64,000 nucleotides of DNA from an uncultured SAR116 cluster alpha proteobacterium (GCA_902590245.1 CACIWG010000001.1:1747-65746); one strand, 5' to 3'; counted from the first letter of the stretch, positions 27,794 through 37,989 are shown. The notes: generated by a model from the letters alone, not told the origin. Program-made: numbers and translations.

Positions 27794-29938
27794 TTGTCAG
27801 AACCTCTTAGTGAAGCAGACCAATGTATTCAATCAATGCCTGACGCAAGTCCAACTAAATGGCATTTAGCGCACACAACATGGTTTTTTGAAACGTTCAT
27901 TCTAAAACAATTTGTAAAAAATTATAAAGAGTTTCATGATGACTTTAATTTCTTATTTAATTCTTACTACAATAAGATAGGCAATCGTCATGCTAGAGCT
28001 GAAAGAGGTATGATTACACGTCCTTCATCAACTGAGGTAAACGAATATAGAACATATGTTGACAACAAAATGAGGGATTACTTTAAATCAAAGCCAACAT
28101 CTGAAGTACTAAAATTAATAGAGCTTGGAATAAATCACGAACAACAACATCAAGAACTTTTAATAACAGACATTAAACATGCTCTTTCAAAGAATCCATT
28201 ATATCCAGCTTACAGCGAACAATTGCCAGTAAAAGGGTTGAGTGTAAGTAAAAACAGTTGGGTAGATCATCCTGGAGGGCTCGTTGAAATTGGATATTCT
28301 GGGAAAGAATTTATTTTTGACGCTGAAGGTCCAAGACATAAAGTTTGGATAGAGCCTTTTTATTTAGCAAAACATCCAGTATCAAATCGTGAATTCATAA
28401 ATTTTATTGAAGATGGTGGTTATAAAAAGGCGGAGTTTTGGTTATCTGACGGATGGGCATTATGCCAGAAAGAAAAATGGAAAGCTCCCATGTATTGGCA
28501 TAAAAATGACGATGGTAGTTGGTCTTATTATACAATGAGTGGTTTAATACCAATTAAACTAAATGCGCCAGTTTGCCATGTAAGTTATTATGAAGCTGAT
28601 GCCTTTGCTCGATGGTCGGATGCTAGATTACCCAGAGAAACGGAGTGGGAAGTCATTGCTAAATCATTAGATGTTGAAGGACATTTCGCTGATGCTAATC
28701 TATTTGATCCACAACCTTCAACTAAAGATGGAATTACACAAATTTATGGAGATGTTTGGGAATGGACACAAAGTTCTTTTAGCGCTTATCCAGGATATGA
28801 AATAGCTGAAGGCGCAGTGGGAGAATATAATGGTAAATTTATGTCTGGACAGATGGTTTTACGAGGTGGTTCATGTGCCACACCTCTTGACCATATTAGA
28901 CCTTCTTACCGAAACTTTTTTCCTCCGTATGCTCGATGGCAATTTTCAGGAATTCGTCTAGCTAAAGATAAATTCGTTCCTATTTCTTTCTTCCACGCTA
29001 ATGACAATAATAACAAAGATATATTTTTTAATGATATCATTTTAGGATTAAGTTCCATACCAAAACATATATCATCAAAATATCTTTATGATAATAAAGG
29101 CGCACAACTATTCGAGAAAATTTGTAAACTTGAGGTTTATTACCCTACAAGAACAGAAATAGGTATTCTGAAAAATAATGCTGATGAAATTGCAAAAACT
29201 CTTGGTCCGAACGTAACACTTATTGAATATGGCTCTGGAGCTCTTGAGAAAGTTCGTATACTCCTAGACACATTGATTAACCCAAGTTCACTTTGTGCAA
29301 TAGATATCTCTGAAGAACAGTTAAAAAATTCTGCCAGTATTTTACGCAATGCCTACCCAAATATTGAAGTTTTAACAGTTGCTGCTGATTTTACTAAAGC
29401 AGTAAAAATACCAAAATCACAACGCGAGACAAAGTCTAAAATTGTGTTTTTCCCTGGCTCAACTATTGGTAATTTTGAACCAGATGAGGCTAGAGCATTT
29501 TTACAAAATATTTGTAAAACAATTGGTAAAAACGGAAAATTACTAATAGGCGTTGATTTAAAAAAGGATTATGAACGTCTTCTTAAAGCATATGACGACA
29601 ATGATGGCATAACTGAAGCTTTTAATAAAAATCTTTTATCTCGTATAAACCAAGAATTAGGCGCTGATTTTAATCCAAATTTGTTTCGTCACATTGTTCG
29701 GTTCAACACATTCAAAGGTAGAATTGAAATGCATCTTGAAAGTTGTATAGATCAGTCTGTTAATATTGGAAAAGAAAAATTTTTCTTTACAGCTGGAGAG
29801 ACAATCCATACCGAAAATTCATATAAATATCATATTCATGAATTCATAGAATTGGCTGATTCATCTGGTTTAGATAAACTATCAACATGGACGGACAAGG
29901 ATAATCTCTTTGCTGTCATTTTATTTAGAGTAAGGTAA
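27794..29938 (+). CDS. Fused EgtB-like sulfoxide synthase (DinB_2 + FGE-sulfatase domains) and EgtD-like histidine N-alpha-methyltransferase; true start probably upstream (frame open from 27689)
   Basis: N-terminal half has SPTKWHLAHTTWFFE, INHEQQHQELLITD, GDVWEWTQSSFSAYPGY and RGGSCATP. C-terminal half has SSKYLYDNKGAQLFEKICKLEVYYPTRTEIGIL, LIEYGSGALEKVRILL, FPGSTIGNF and GETIHTENSYKY. Confidence 0.85.
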   Translation: MSEPLSEADQCIQSMPDASPTKWHLAHTTWFFETFILKQFVKNYKEFHDDFNFLFNSYYNKIGNRHARAERGMITRPSSTEVNEYRTYVDNKMRDYFKSKPTSEVLKLIELGINHEQQHQELLITDIKHALSKNPLYPAYSEQLPVKGLSVSKNSWVDHPGGLVEIGYSGKEFIFDAEGPRHKVWIEPFYLAKHPVSNREFINFIEDGGYKKAEFWLSDGWALCQKEKWKAPMYWHKNDDGSWSYYTMSGLIPIKLNAPVCHVSYYEADAFARWSDARLPRETEWEVIAKSLDVEGHFADANLFDPQPSTKDGITQIYGDVWEWTQSSFSAYPGYEIAEGAVGEYNGKFMSGQMVLRGGSCATPLDHIRPSYRNFFPPYARWQFSGIRLAKDKFVPISFFHANDNNNKDIFFNDIILGLSSIPKHISSKYLYDNKGAQLFEKICKLEVYYPTRTEIGILKNNADEIAKTLGPNVTLIEYGSGALEKVRILLDTLINPSSLCAIDISEEQLKNSASILRNAYPNIEVLTVAADFTKAVKIPKSQRETKSKIVFFPGSTIGNFEPDEARAFLQNICKTIGKNGKLLIGVDLKKDYERLLKAYDDNDGITEAFNKNLLSRINQELGADFNPNLFRHIVRFNTFKGRIEMHLESCIDQSVNIGKEKFFFTAGETIHTENSYKYHIHEFIELADSSGLDKLSTWTDKDNLFAVILFRVR

Positions 29939-30048
29939 TTAGATATCTAATTATTCTATTTGATATATGTTTAGTTATCAATTTTAATAATTTTAGTTAT
30001 TTAAATTTATAATTTAAAAAAAATAATAAAAAGCATTAATTTATATAA

Positions 30049-30810
30049 ATGTATAATTTATTACAATTGCCAGACTTTTCCCATCTGCAATTTTTTTTAA
30101 CTTGCTTGGTTGCATTTGGTGGCGGATTGATAAGAGGTTATACAGGTTTTGCCGGTGCCCTTTTGCTTCTACCTGGGTTTGTTCTTATTATGGGACCATT
30201 GCCAGCATTAAATGTCGTGATCATTTCAGGTATGATCGGGCAATTAATAATCCTTCCTAATGCAGTCAAAAGGGCACAAAAAAATGTAGTTTTATCTTAT
30301 GGAGGTGGAATATTTGTAGGTGTCTATCTAGGATTGTATTTTTTATTTCAAAGAGATATTGCTGACATTACCTTTTTTATGGGTATATTTATAATATTAG
30401 CGACTTTAATTTTGATTTCTGGCTGGAAATATCAAGGACCGATAAATAATTATACTTCGGGTTCGTTTGGAACTGGAATTGGTTTTTTTGCTGGTTTTTT
30501 TGGAGTGCCAACAGGGCCTTTAACAGGACTTTTTTTCTTATCCTTAAAAGAAGATATAAAAATTATTCAAGCAAACATACAATGTATAGTAATTTTAACA
30601 GTTTTTGCATTTTTTACTTATTTTTATTTTATTGAAGGCTTTCGATCTGACTATTTATTATTAGGTTTAATTATGTCTCTTCCTCTTGCAGTAGGTTTAA
30701 AAACTGGTCAATATTTGTTTAACTTTTTGCCAGAGAAAGTGTTTAGACCTATAACATATATTTGCCTTATATCTTTAGGTTCATCATTATGTTTTAAAGC
30801 ATATAATTAG
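30049..30810 (+). CDS. TauE/SafE (DUF81) family anion exporter-like membrane protein
   Basis: 253 aa, polytopic, with an N-terminal FGGGLIRGYTGFAGALLLLP motif. Confidence 0.75.
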   Translation: MYNLLQLPDFSHLQFFLTCLVAFGGGLIRGYTGFAGALLLLPGFVLIMGPLPALNVVIISGMIGQLIILPNAVKRAQKNVVLSYGGGIFVGVYLGLYFLFQRDIADITFFMGIFIILATLILISGWKYQGPINNYTSGSFGTGIGFFAGFFGVPTGPLTGLFFLSLKEDIKIIQANIQCIVILTVFAFFTYFYFIEGFRSDYLLLGLIMSLPLAVGLKTGQYLFNFLPEKVFRPITYICLISLGSSLCFKAYN

Positions 30811-30818
30811 GAATTAAA

Positions 30819-31235
30819 ATGAATGAAATTATTAAAACAGATAAAATAGATCATATTGGAATTGTTGTGCCAAATATTGAAAAAGCACTAGAACATTATA
30901 AGAATGTTTTTAATAAAATTGGAAGTAAACCTATAATATCAGAAACACAAAATGTAAAAATATCATTTATACAGTTTTCAAATGTCAAATTAGAATTGAT
31001 AGAACCATTAAGTGAAAAAAGTCCTATATCTAACTTTCTTAAAAAAAATCCTTTAGGTGGTATGCATCATGTCGGATTAGAAGTAGATGATTTAAACAAT
31101 ACATATTCTGATGCTAAAAACAATGACCTTGAACCCTTATCAAAACCAGTGAAAGGCTATCATGGTAGAGATTTATTTTTTTTACACCCAAAAAAAATGA
31201 TGAACACATTATTTGAAATCTTATCTAAAAATTAA
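30819..31235 (+). CDS. VOC/glyoxalase-fold protein, methylmalonyl-CoA-epimerase-like
   Basis: 138 aa with IDHIGIVVPNIEKALEHY and GGMHHVGLEVDD. Confidence 0.7.
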   Translation: MNEIIKTDKIDHIGIVVPNIEKALEHYKNVFNKIGSKPIISETQNVKISFIQFSNVKLELIEPLSEKSPISNFLKKNPLGGMHHVGLEVDDLNNTYSDAKNNDLEPLSKPVKGYHGRDLFFLHPKKMMNTLFEILSKN

Positions 31236-31247
31236 AGGAGAAAAAAA

Positions 31248-32108
31248 ATGAGAACTGATTTTAAAGAAATATTATTTGAAATTAAAGAAAATGCAGCATG
31301 GATTACTATAAATCGTCCGGAAGTAAGAAATGCATTTCGAGAGCAAACACTTGATGAAATGAGAGAAGCTGTGCTTCAAACCAAAGAAGATGTAACCATT
31401 TCTTGTATAGTTTTCACAGGTGCTGGCGATGAAGCATTTTCAGCTGGTGGAGATTTCTATGCAATGAAAAGATTAAACTGGTCTAATGCTTCTCATTGGA
31501 ATGATAGAATGTTAGGATTAGCAATGGCTATTAGAGGTGTTTCTATTCCTGTAATAGCAATGGTAAATGGCTGGTGTATGGGAGGTGGCCATGAACTAGC
31601 ATTGTGGTGTGATATGGTCATTGCTTCTGAAAATGCTACATTAGGTCAAACTGGAGCAAGAGTTGGTGCCTGCCCTACAGTTGGTGCAACACAATACCTA
31701 CCTAGAATTGTGGGTGAAAGAATAGCTAGAGAAATGATATTTTTATGCAGAACCTTTAAAGGTCAAGAAGCAGTTGATGTTGGTTTGATCAACAAATGTG
31801 TTCCTCAAGATCAACTGTATGACGAAACCATGAAGTGGGTTAAACAAATAAATAGTTATAGTGGTCAGACTATAAGGCAAACTAAAAAGTCATTAAATGC
31901 GGAATCTGATGAATTGTACGCTTCATGGCAACACGGAATGGAATTACTTGCACATGTGTGGGGTTCAGAAGAATCTCTTGAAGGAATGCATGCATTTATT
32001 GAAAAAAGAAAGCCAAACTTTTTTAAATTTAGAGAAAAAAATGCAAATATTGTTAAAGAATATTTAGATGGTTTGGAAAAGGATGAGAATGTTAAACCTA
32101 AAGGATAA
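31248..32108 (+). CDS. Enoyl-CoA hydratase/isomerase (crotonase) family
   Basis: 286 aa with FTGAGDEAFSAGGD and GWCMGGGHELALWCD. AAAGGAG Shine-Dalgarno (SD) sequence upstream. Confidence 0.9.
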   Translation: MRTDFKEILFEIKENAAWITINRPEVRNAFREQTLDEMREAVLQTKEDVTISCIVFTGAGDEAFSAGGDFYAMKRLNWSNASHWNDRMLGLAMAIRGVSIPVIAMVNGWCMGGGHELALWCDMVIASENATLGQTGARVGACPTVGATQYLPRIVGERIAREMIFLCRTFKGQEAVDVGLINKCVPQDQLYDETMKWVKQINSYSGQTIRQTKKSLNAESDELYASWQHGMELLAHVWGSEESLEGMHAFIEKRKPNFFKFREKNANIVKEYLDGLEKDENVKPKG

Positions 32109-32110
32109 TA

Positions 32111-33316
32111 ATGAGTAAAGTTTATCCACTAACAGGCATTAGGGTCTTAGATTTAACTAGAATTCTTGCAGGACCCTTATGTACTCAGTATTTAGGTGAT
32201 TTAGGTGCTGAAATCATTAAAATTGAAAACCCCAAGGGTGGTGATGATACCCGAGCTTGGGGTCCCCCTTTTTCAGGAACTGAGTCAGCTTATTATCTCG
32301 GCATAAATAGAAACAAAAAAAGTATATGTTTAGATATAAAAACAAAAGAAGGTTTTAAAATATTAAAAAACCTTATTAAAAAATCAGATGTAGTTATAGA
32401 TAATTTCAAACCAGGTTTTTGGAATAAAATTGGTCTGCCTGATAACTGGTTTAATAAAAATGTTAAAAACGTAGTTAGAACTTCTATTTCTGGATACGGT
32501 ATAAAAGGGCCTCAGGGAGGTTTACCAGGATATGATTTCTTAATGCAAGCTGAATCAGGTTTAATGAAAATTACTGGAGAAATTAATGGTCAACCCATGA
32601 AATTAGGAGTAGCTATTGTAGATATTGTAACAGGATTAAATGCAGTAATTTCAGTACTTTCTGGTCTTTTATTAAATAAAAAATTAAAAAATAAAAATAT
32701 ATTAACGGAAGTTAATTTATACAACTCTGGAATTTTTTTACTTGCTAATGTTGCCTCTAATACACTTGTTTCTAATAAAGATGCCGAAAGATATGCAAAT
32801 GGTCATCCTAATATCGTTCCGTATAATTTATTTAAAAGTAAAAATGGTGAGCTAGCAATAAGTGTTGGAAATGATAATCAATTTAAAGTTTTTACAAAAC
32901 TACTAAAAAAACCAGAATGGGCTCTAGATAAAAGATTTGCTAAAAATGCAGATAGAGTTAAAAACAGAACTTTAATTGAAAAAATGATTAATAAAGAATT
33001 ATCAAAAAAAAATAGAAGCTATTGGTATAATCTATTTTTAAAAAATAACATACCATCAGCAATTGTAAGAGGCGTTAAAGAAGCATTAAATCATCCTCAA
33101 ACAAAAGATAATGACATGACTTTGAAATTAGATAAGAAAAACACAAAAGGTTTAGAGACATTAAATACACCAATCCAGATTAATAACCAAAGAGGATTAT
33201 CCAAACCTAAATACCCTCCTTCTCTAGGAGAAGATACTAGTAAAGTATTAAAAAATATTCTTAATATAGATGATGGAGAAATAAAAAAATTAATCTCACT
33301 GAACGTTATTAAATAA
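32111..33316 (+). CDS. Family III CoA-transferase (CaiB/BaiF)
   Basis: 401 aa with PLTGIRVLDLTRILAGPLCTQYLGDLGAEIIKIE and VDIVTG. Confidence 0.9.
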   Translation: MSKVYPLTGIRVLDLTRILAGPLCTQYLGDLGAEIIKIENPKGGDDTRAWGPPFSGTESAYYLGINRNKKSICLDIKTKEGFKILKNLIKKSDVVIDNFKPGFWNKIGLPDNWFNKNVKNVVRTSISGYGIKGPQGGLPGYDFLMQAESGLMKITGEINGQPMKLGVAIVDIVTGLNAVISVLSGLLLNKKLKNKNILTEVNLYNSGIFLLANVASNTLVSNKDAERYANGHPNIVPYNLFKSKNGELAISVGNDNQFKVFTKLLKKPEWALDKRFAKNADRVKNRTLIEKMINKELSKKNRSYWYNLFLKNNIPSAIVRGVKEALNHPQTKDNDMTLKLDKKNTKGLETLNTPIQINNQRGLSKPKYPPSLGEDTSKVLKNILNIDDGEIKKLISLNVIK

Positions 33317-33331
33317 CACAAGGAAAAATAT

Positions 33332-34462
33332 ATGTTTAAGTTAACTAAAGACATACTCATAAAAGAAGTAGAAATTTATACATTAAAAATTCCTTTAAAC
33401 AAACCTATTAAAATGGCCGGAATAGTTGTTGATAGTGCTGAAAATCTTTTTGTAAAAATAATAAGTCAAAATGATACGTATGGATGGGGTGAAGCTTCTT
33501 CTGCCCCAACAATGACGGGAGAATTCTCAAATGGCATGTTCTCAGCTGCTTTATTTTTAAAAAATTTTTTGATCAATAAAACCTTAACATCATTAAACGA
33601 TCTAGATATTTTAAAAAAATCTCCTCTTTATGAAAACAAAGGAACTAAATCAGCATTCGAAATCGCTCTATTAGATTTAATGGCAAAAGAAAATAATATA
33701 CCATTATTTCAATTATTCGCTTCTCAATCAAAGAGACATTCAATACCAATTATTAAAATGGTTGCAGGGAAAACCATTTCAGAAGAATTAGATGATTTTA
33801 AAAAAGCCCTGGATGAAGGATTTACAAAGTTTAAGATTAAAGTAGGATCAAATGACGCAAAAACAGATTTAAATAGATGTTCTTCAATTTCAAAAATTGG
33901 ACATGATAAATGTTTTTTTTCTGCAGACGCTAATGAAGGTTTTTCCCATGAAGATGCTGCAGAGTTTGCTAAAAAAGCAAAAGATGCAGGAATATCTTTT
34001 TTTGAACAACCTATAAAGGCCTCTGAAAAAAACATGATCACTGAAATAACAGCGTTAAGCAGTGTTCCTACTTGTTCTGATGAAGGTGTTCATTCTATAA
34101 ATGATGTTATTGAAATTGGAGAGAACTCAATCACTTCTGGACTAAGTTTAAAAACAATTAAACTTGGAGGAGCTTATGAAGCTTATAAATGTGGAGAGAA
34201 AGCTAATGAATTAGGTTTAAATATAAATCTCTCAGGCAAAGTTGCTGAAACAAGTATTGCCAGCTTTGCAATTTCACATGTTGCACAAGCAATTACTCAA
34301 GCTAACTGGGATTTAAGTATTACCAATCAATATTTAGTTGAAGACCCTGTTACAAAGAATTTAAAAATATCCAATGGTCAAATTAATTTTCAAAATACTG
34401 TTGGATTAGGAACTGAACTAGATATTTCTAAAGCTTCAAAGTTTATTCAACAATCAAATTAA
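33332..34462 (+). CDS. Enolase-superfamily enzyme (mandelate racemase/muconate-lactonizing family)
   Basis: 376 aa with KFKIKVG, ADANEG, FFEQP and CSDEG metal/acid-base positions. Confidence 0.8.
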   Translation: MFKLTKDILIKEVEIYTLKIPLNKPIKMAGIVVDSAENLFVKIISQNDTYGWGEASSAPTMTGEFSNGMFSAALFLKNFLINKTLTSLNDLDILKKSPLYENKGTKSAFEIALLDLMAKENNIPLFQLFASQSKRHSIPIIKMVAGKTISEELDDFKKALDEGFTKFKIKVGSNDAKTDLNRCSSISKIGHDKCFFSADANEGFSHEDAAEFAKKAKDAGISFFEQPIKASEKNMITEITALSSVPTCSDEGVHSINDVIEIGENSITSGLSLKTIKLGGAYEAYKCGEKANELGLNINLSGKVAETSIASFAISHVAQAITQANWDLSITNQYLVEDPVTKNLKISNGQINFQNTVGLGTELDISKASKFIQQSN

Positions 34463-35989
34463 TTATATTAAAACTAATTGATCTGTTGTTTTTTTAGTTC
34501 TGACGGTTTTGACTTTTTTTCTGCTACCATGTTTATTGTAAACATTTTTAGATTTTGATTTATAATTATCATCTTTTCTTACTTTGGAAATTTTCTCTCG
34601 TGCCATTCTTACTGCCTCTTTATGATCAACAATAGGCAAAGGGTAATGCTTTCCTAATATACAACTATATTTTGTTTGTTCTTCTAAATTCATTTTCCAA
34701 GGTTCGTGTATAAATATTGATGGAACATTTTTTAATTCAGGAACCCATTTTTTTATAAACTGACCTTCTTTATCATGTTCAATTGATTGCTTGATAGGAT
34801 TATAAATTCTAAGAGTATTTATGCCCGTTACTCCTGATTGCATCTGTAATTGGCTATAGTGTATACCAGGCTCATAGTCAGTAAATAGTCTTGCCAAAAC
34901 ATAACCGGATTCCCTCCAATCAATCCATAAATCATAACTTGCAAAGCTAGTTAGCATTGCTCTCATACGAAAAGTTATCCATCCATTATGAGTTAAACTT
35001 CTCATGCATGCATCTACAAATGGAAACCCAGTAAATCCAGTTTCCCATGCTTTAAGTTTATCTATATTTGATTTTATTTCTCGCATCCCTTCATAGCTTG
35101 AGTGCATGCATTTATTTTCAATTGATGGCTGATCTTCTAATTTTTGAATAAAGTGACATCTCCAAGATAATCTCGAACTAAATGCTGATAATCCTCTTTT
35201 ATTATATTTTAGGCCTTTCTTTTCACATTTATACTTAAAATCTTTAAGTTTTTTGTAAACCTCTTTAACTGAAAGAGTTCCATAGGTAAGATGTGGAGAG
35301 AGCCTTGAGCAATACTTATCTGAATTATTAGGTCCAGAAATATTTTGTAAATAATTATCTAATTTATCATCTAAAAATTTATTTAATAATATTAAACCTT
35401 CTCTTCTTCCACCTTTTTGATATATAAAATTGTCGTCTTTAGAAAATAGGTTATTTTCCTTAGTAAGGATGTCAGACTTAATATCATGATCTAATTTTTT
35501 TAATATTTTTGGAGTTTGAAAAATGTTTTTTGACATTCTCTCATTCCTCAATCTAGACCATTCATTTCTGTCATTTAATTTTCTAATAATACCATTTGTT
35601 GGGAATTGAAGAAAATTAACATTATTCTTATTACACCAATTCGTTACATTAATATCTCTTTTATATGTCCAGTGGTTTGAAGTTTCTTCATGTGAATAAA
35701 TTGAAATCAATTCAAATTTGTTTTTAATAAGTTCAAGAAAATTAATAATATCACTATTTAAAAGCAAAAGTTCAGATTTAATTGATTTGATATCTTTTTT
35801 CAGATCTATAAGACTATCATGAATAAAATACCAATGTCTTTTAGAAGCAAAAGGTTGCTTCCAATAATCAGTTTCAAAAAAGTAAACTGGTATTGTAGGG
35901 ATATTTGTTTTAGAAGCTTCTAATAAAGGTCTATGATCGTTAATTCTTAAATCTTTCTTAAACCAGACAATTTGACACTCTTGTTTCAT
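34463..35989 (-). CDS. Cryptochrome/photolyase-family flavoprotein
   Basis: 508 aa with N-terminal VWFKKDLRINDHRPL and FAD-domain TGFPFVDACMRSL...GWITFRMRAM. Subfamily not assignable by eye. Confidence 0.85.
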   Translation of the reverse strand: MKQECQIVWFKKDLRINDHRPLLEASKTNIPTIPVYFFETDYWKQPFASKRHWYFIHDSLIDLKKDIKSIKSELLLLNSDIINFLELIKNKFELISIYSHEETSNHWTYKRDINVTNWCNKNNVNFLQFPTNGIIRKLNDRNEWSRLRNERMSKNIFQTPKILKKLDHDIKSDILTKENNLFSKDDNFIYQKGGRREGLILLNKFLDDKLDNYLQNISGPNNSDKYCSRLSPHLTYGTLSVKEVYKKLKDFKYKCEKKGLKYNKRGLSAFSSRLSWRCHFIQKLEDQPSIENKCMHSSYEGMREIKSNIDKLKAWETGFTGFPFVDACMRSLTHNGWITFRMRAMLTSFASYDLWIDWRESGYVLARLFTDYEPGIHYSQLQMQSGVTGINTLRIYNPIKQSIEHDKEGQFIKKWVPELKNVPSIFIHEPWKMNLEEQTKYSCILGKHYPLPIVDHKEAVRMAREKISKVRKDDNYKSKSKNVYNKHGSRKKVKTVRTKKTTDQLVLI

Positions 35990-36044
35990 TTTAATGATTT
36001 AAGATCAAAAAAGAAAAAAAAAAGGAATAATAATAGATTTTTAT

Positions 36045-37943
36045 TTATTCAAATCCATACTTTTTTAAAGAATTAATTATGTATGGGTAGGTAGTTAGAT
36101 GTTGATTTTGCTTTTTTAATGCAAATTTAATTTTAGATAAATGATTTTCTTTTAAAAACATTTTTACAAAATCTAAATGCTTTTTAGCAATATTAAATTT
36201 TTCTAAAGAATCATATGCTAAACCTAAATGAAGATTCCACCAGACAAATTTTTTGTGTTGCAAAGGCTCTAAAACATCAATTACTTTTTTCTTTTCTCCA
36301 CTTGTTTGATAACATTGAGCTAATAAATAATTATCCCAGGTTGCATAATTTCCAGTGTCCAATTCATAAGCTTTTTTACCTATTTCCCAACATCCTCTTT
36401 GAAATTGACATCTATTCTTTTTTACAGTTTGAAATTTTTCTGAACTTTGAAAAACATCCTTTTTCTCACATTGTCCACCAAATGCTAAACTATATCCAAT
36501 TTTACCAAGTAAATGAGGTCTCTCACCAGCTAATTTATAAGCCTTTTCAACAACATTAAACATTTCTTGCCAGTTTTTGTTAAAAAATTCAATCTGCAAT
36601 TTTGTAGCATAACCGAATGCATTCTCAGGATCTAAAATCAAACCTTGATCAATCTCTTTAGAGGCATCATTAAGCATGTATTTGAATTCGTCAGTAATTG
36701 AAAATGAAGAATATTGTGCCCGTTTTCGATCTGCTAACCATATCCATGCATCAGCATAATTAGGGTCTTTTTTAATTGATTTTTCTAAACATTCAATTGC
36801 TTTTGGATTTAAAGTTGGAGTTACAGCGCCTCGAGCAAAATTAATACATTCATAAATTGATATATCATCAGTTGCTGAAGTCGCTATCTTTTGATTTATA
36901 TCTTTAGAGAGCACTGCTCCAGCTCCTACCAATTCATTAATAATTTTTTTAATTATTTCATCTTGCAAGGCAAAAATATTTTTACCTGTCAAATCTCTGT
37001 CATATGTTTCAGACCAAATATTTGATATGTTCTTACCATCAATCAAATCAACCTTGACTCTAAGCATGTTATCAATTTGCATGATGTTACCATCTACAAA
37101 ATAAGAAGCGTTTGTTTTTTTTGATACTTCACTTAAATCTTTTGGAATTTTTTTTAAATTTAATATATTCAATGCTTTAGAAGACTTTGTTAGTTTTGAC
37201 CCTAAGTCTTGAGATATACCAAGAGCTAAAAGTTTTTCTTTTTTTGTGTCACTTAAACTTTTAAAAGGAAGTACAACTATTTTACTGGTATCAAGTTTTT
37301 TCTCAGTTTCGAAAATTCCAGTAAAAAATAATCCTATAAACACTGCAGCTATAGCACCCCCTACTAGTCCAATAAGTTTTGCCTTTGATGATTGAGTTTT
37401 TAATTTTCTTTTTTGTGAAGGGTCTAGTAACAAGTCATATGCATGAAATGTATTTTCTTTGACCTTCTGCTCACCAAGATCATTAAATTCATACTTTGTT
37501 TTCTTAGCAACCAAGTCATAAACATTCTTAGCTATTGTTATCCCACCAGGCTGTGCCAAGGCCTCTAAACGAGCGGCAATGTTTACACCATCGCCCATAA
37601 GGTTCTTATCACCTTGCTTTACAACATCACCCATGTTTATACCTATACGGTATTCTAATTTGACCTGTGTTGTTTCTTTGGCATTACGCTCTTTAATTTT
37701 CTTTTGGAACTCTACAGCCATATTGATAGCTGCTACAGCGCTTGGAAATTCTGCGAAGACAGAGTCTCCACCTGTATTAAATATTCTACCCTTCTGCTTT
37801 TTTATGATGGGCTCAATTATATTATTACATTCATTGAGACTTGCTAAAGTAGCATCTTCGTCTTTTTCCATATGTTTACTGTAGCCAACAACATCCGTGG
37901 CAAATATAACAGCAATTTTACGGTCGGTATCTTGAGTAGACAT
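36045..37943 (-). CDS. Class III adenylate/guanylate cyclase (N-terminal catalytic domain, one TM, periplasmic TolB-N-like plus TPR-like sensor region), paralog A
   Basis: 632 aa with IFATDVVGYSKHME, NTGGDSVFAEF and GDGVNIAARLE. TM segment is LIGLVGGAIAAVFIGLFFTGIF. Confidence 0.85.
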   Translation of the reverse strand: MSTQDTDRKIAVIFATDVVGYSKHMEKDEDATLASLNECNNIIEPIIKKQKGRIFNTGGDSVFAEFPSAVAAINMAVEFQKKIKERNAKETTQVKLEYRIGINMGDVVKQGDKNLMGDGVNIAARLEALAQPGGITIAKNVYDLVAKKTKYEFNDLGEQKVKENTFHAYDLLLDPSQKRKLKTQSSKAKLIGLVGGAIAAVFIGLFFTGIFETEKKLDTSKIVVLPFKSLSDTKKEKLLALGISQDLGSKLTKSSKALNILNLKKIPKDLSEVSKKTNASYFVDGNIMQIDNMLRVKVDLIDGKNISNIWSETYDRDLTGKNIFALQDEIIKKIINELVGAGAVLSKDINQKIATSATDDISIYECINFARGAVTPTLNPKAIECLEKSIKKDPNYADAWIWLADRKRAQYSSFSITDEFKYMLNDASKEIDQGLILDPENAFGYATKLQIEFFNKNWQEMFNVVEKAYKLAGERPHLLGKIGYSLAFGGQCEKKDVFQSSEKFQTVKKNRCQFQRGCWEIGKKAYELDTGNYATWDNYLLAQCYQTSGEKKKVIDVLEPLQHKKFVWWNLHLGLAYDSLEKFNIAKKHLDFVKMFLKENHLSKIKFALKKQNQHLTTYPYIINSLKKYGFE

Positions 37944-37966
37944 AGATGAGTTAACTATACATATTT
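36898..37966. repeat. Direct repeat copy 1 (1,069 bp, reads as identical to 42431-43499)
   Basis: Line-by-line comparison by eye at offset 5,533 bp. The encoded proteins are identical for ~349 residues and the nested antisense ORFs are identical. Confidence 0.9.
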
Positions 37967-37989
37967 AATGCTAATTGAAAATATTTAAT

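Noticed and set aside
37579-37884. Two identical 101-aa plus-strand ORFs (37579-37884 and 43112-43417) that might look like a duplicated small gene.
   Set aside because: Both are antisense shadows inside the identical 5' halves of the two cyclase genes. Their identity is simply a consequence of the 1,069-bp repeat.
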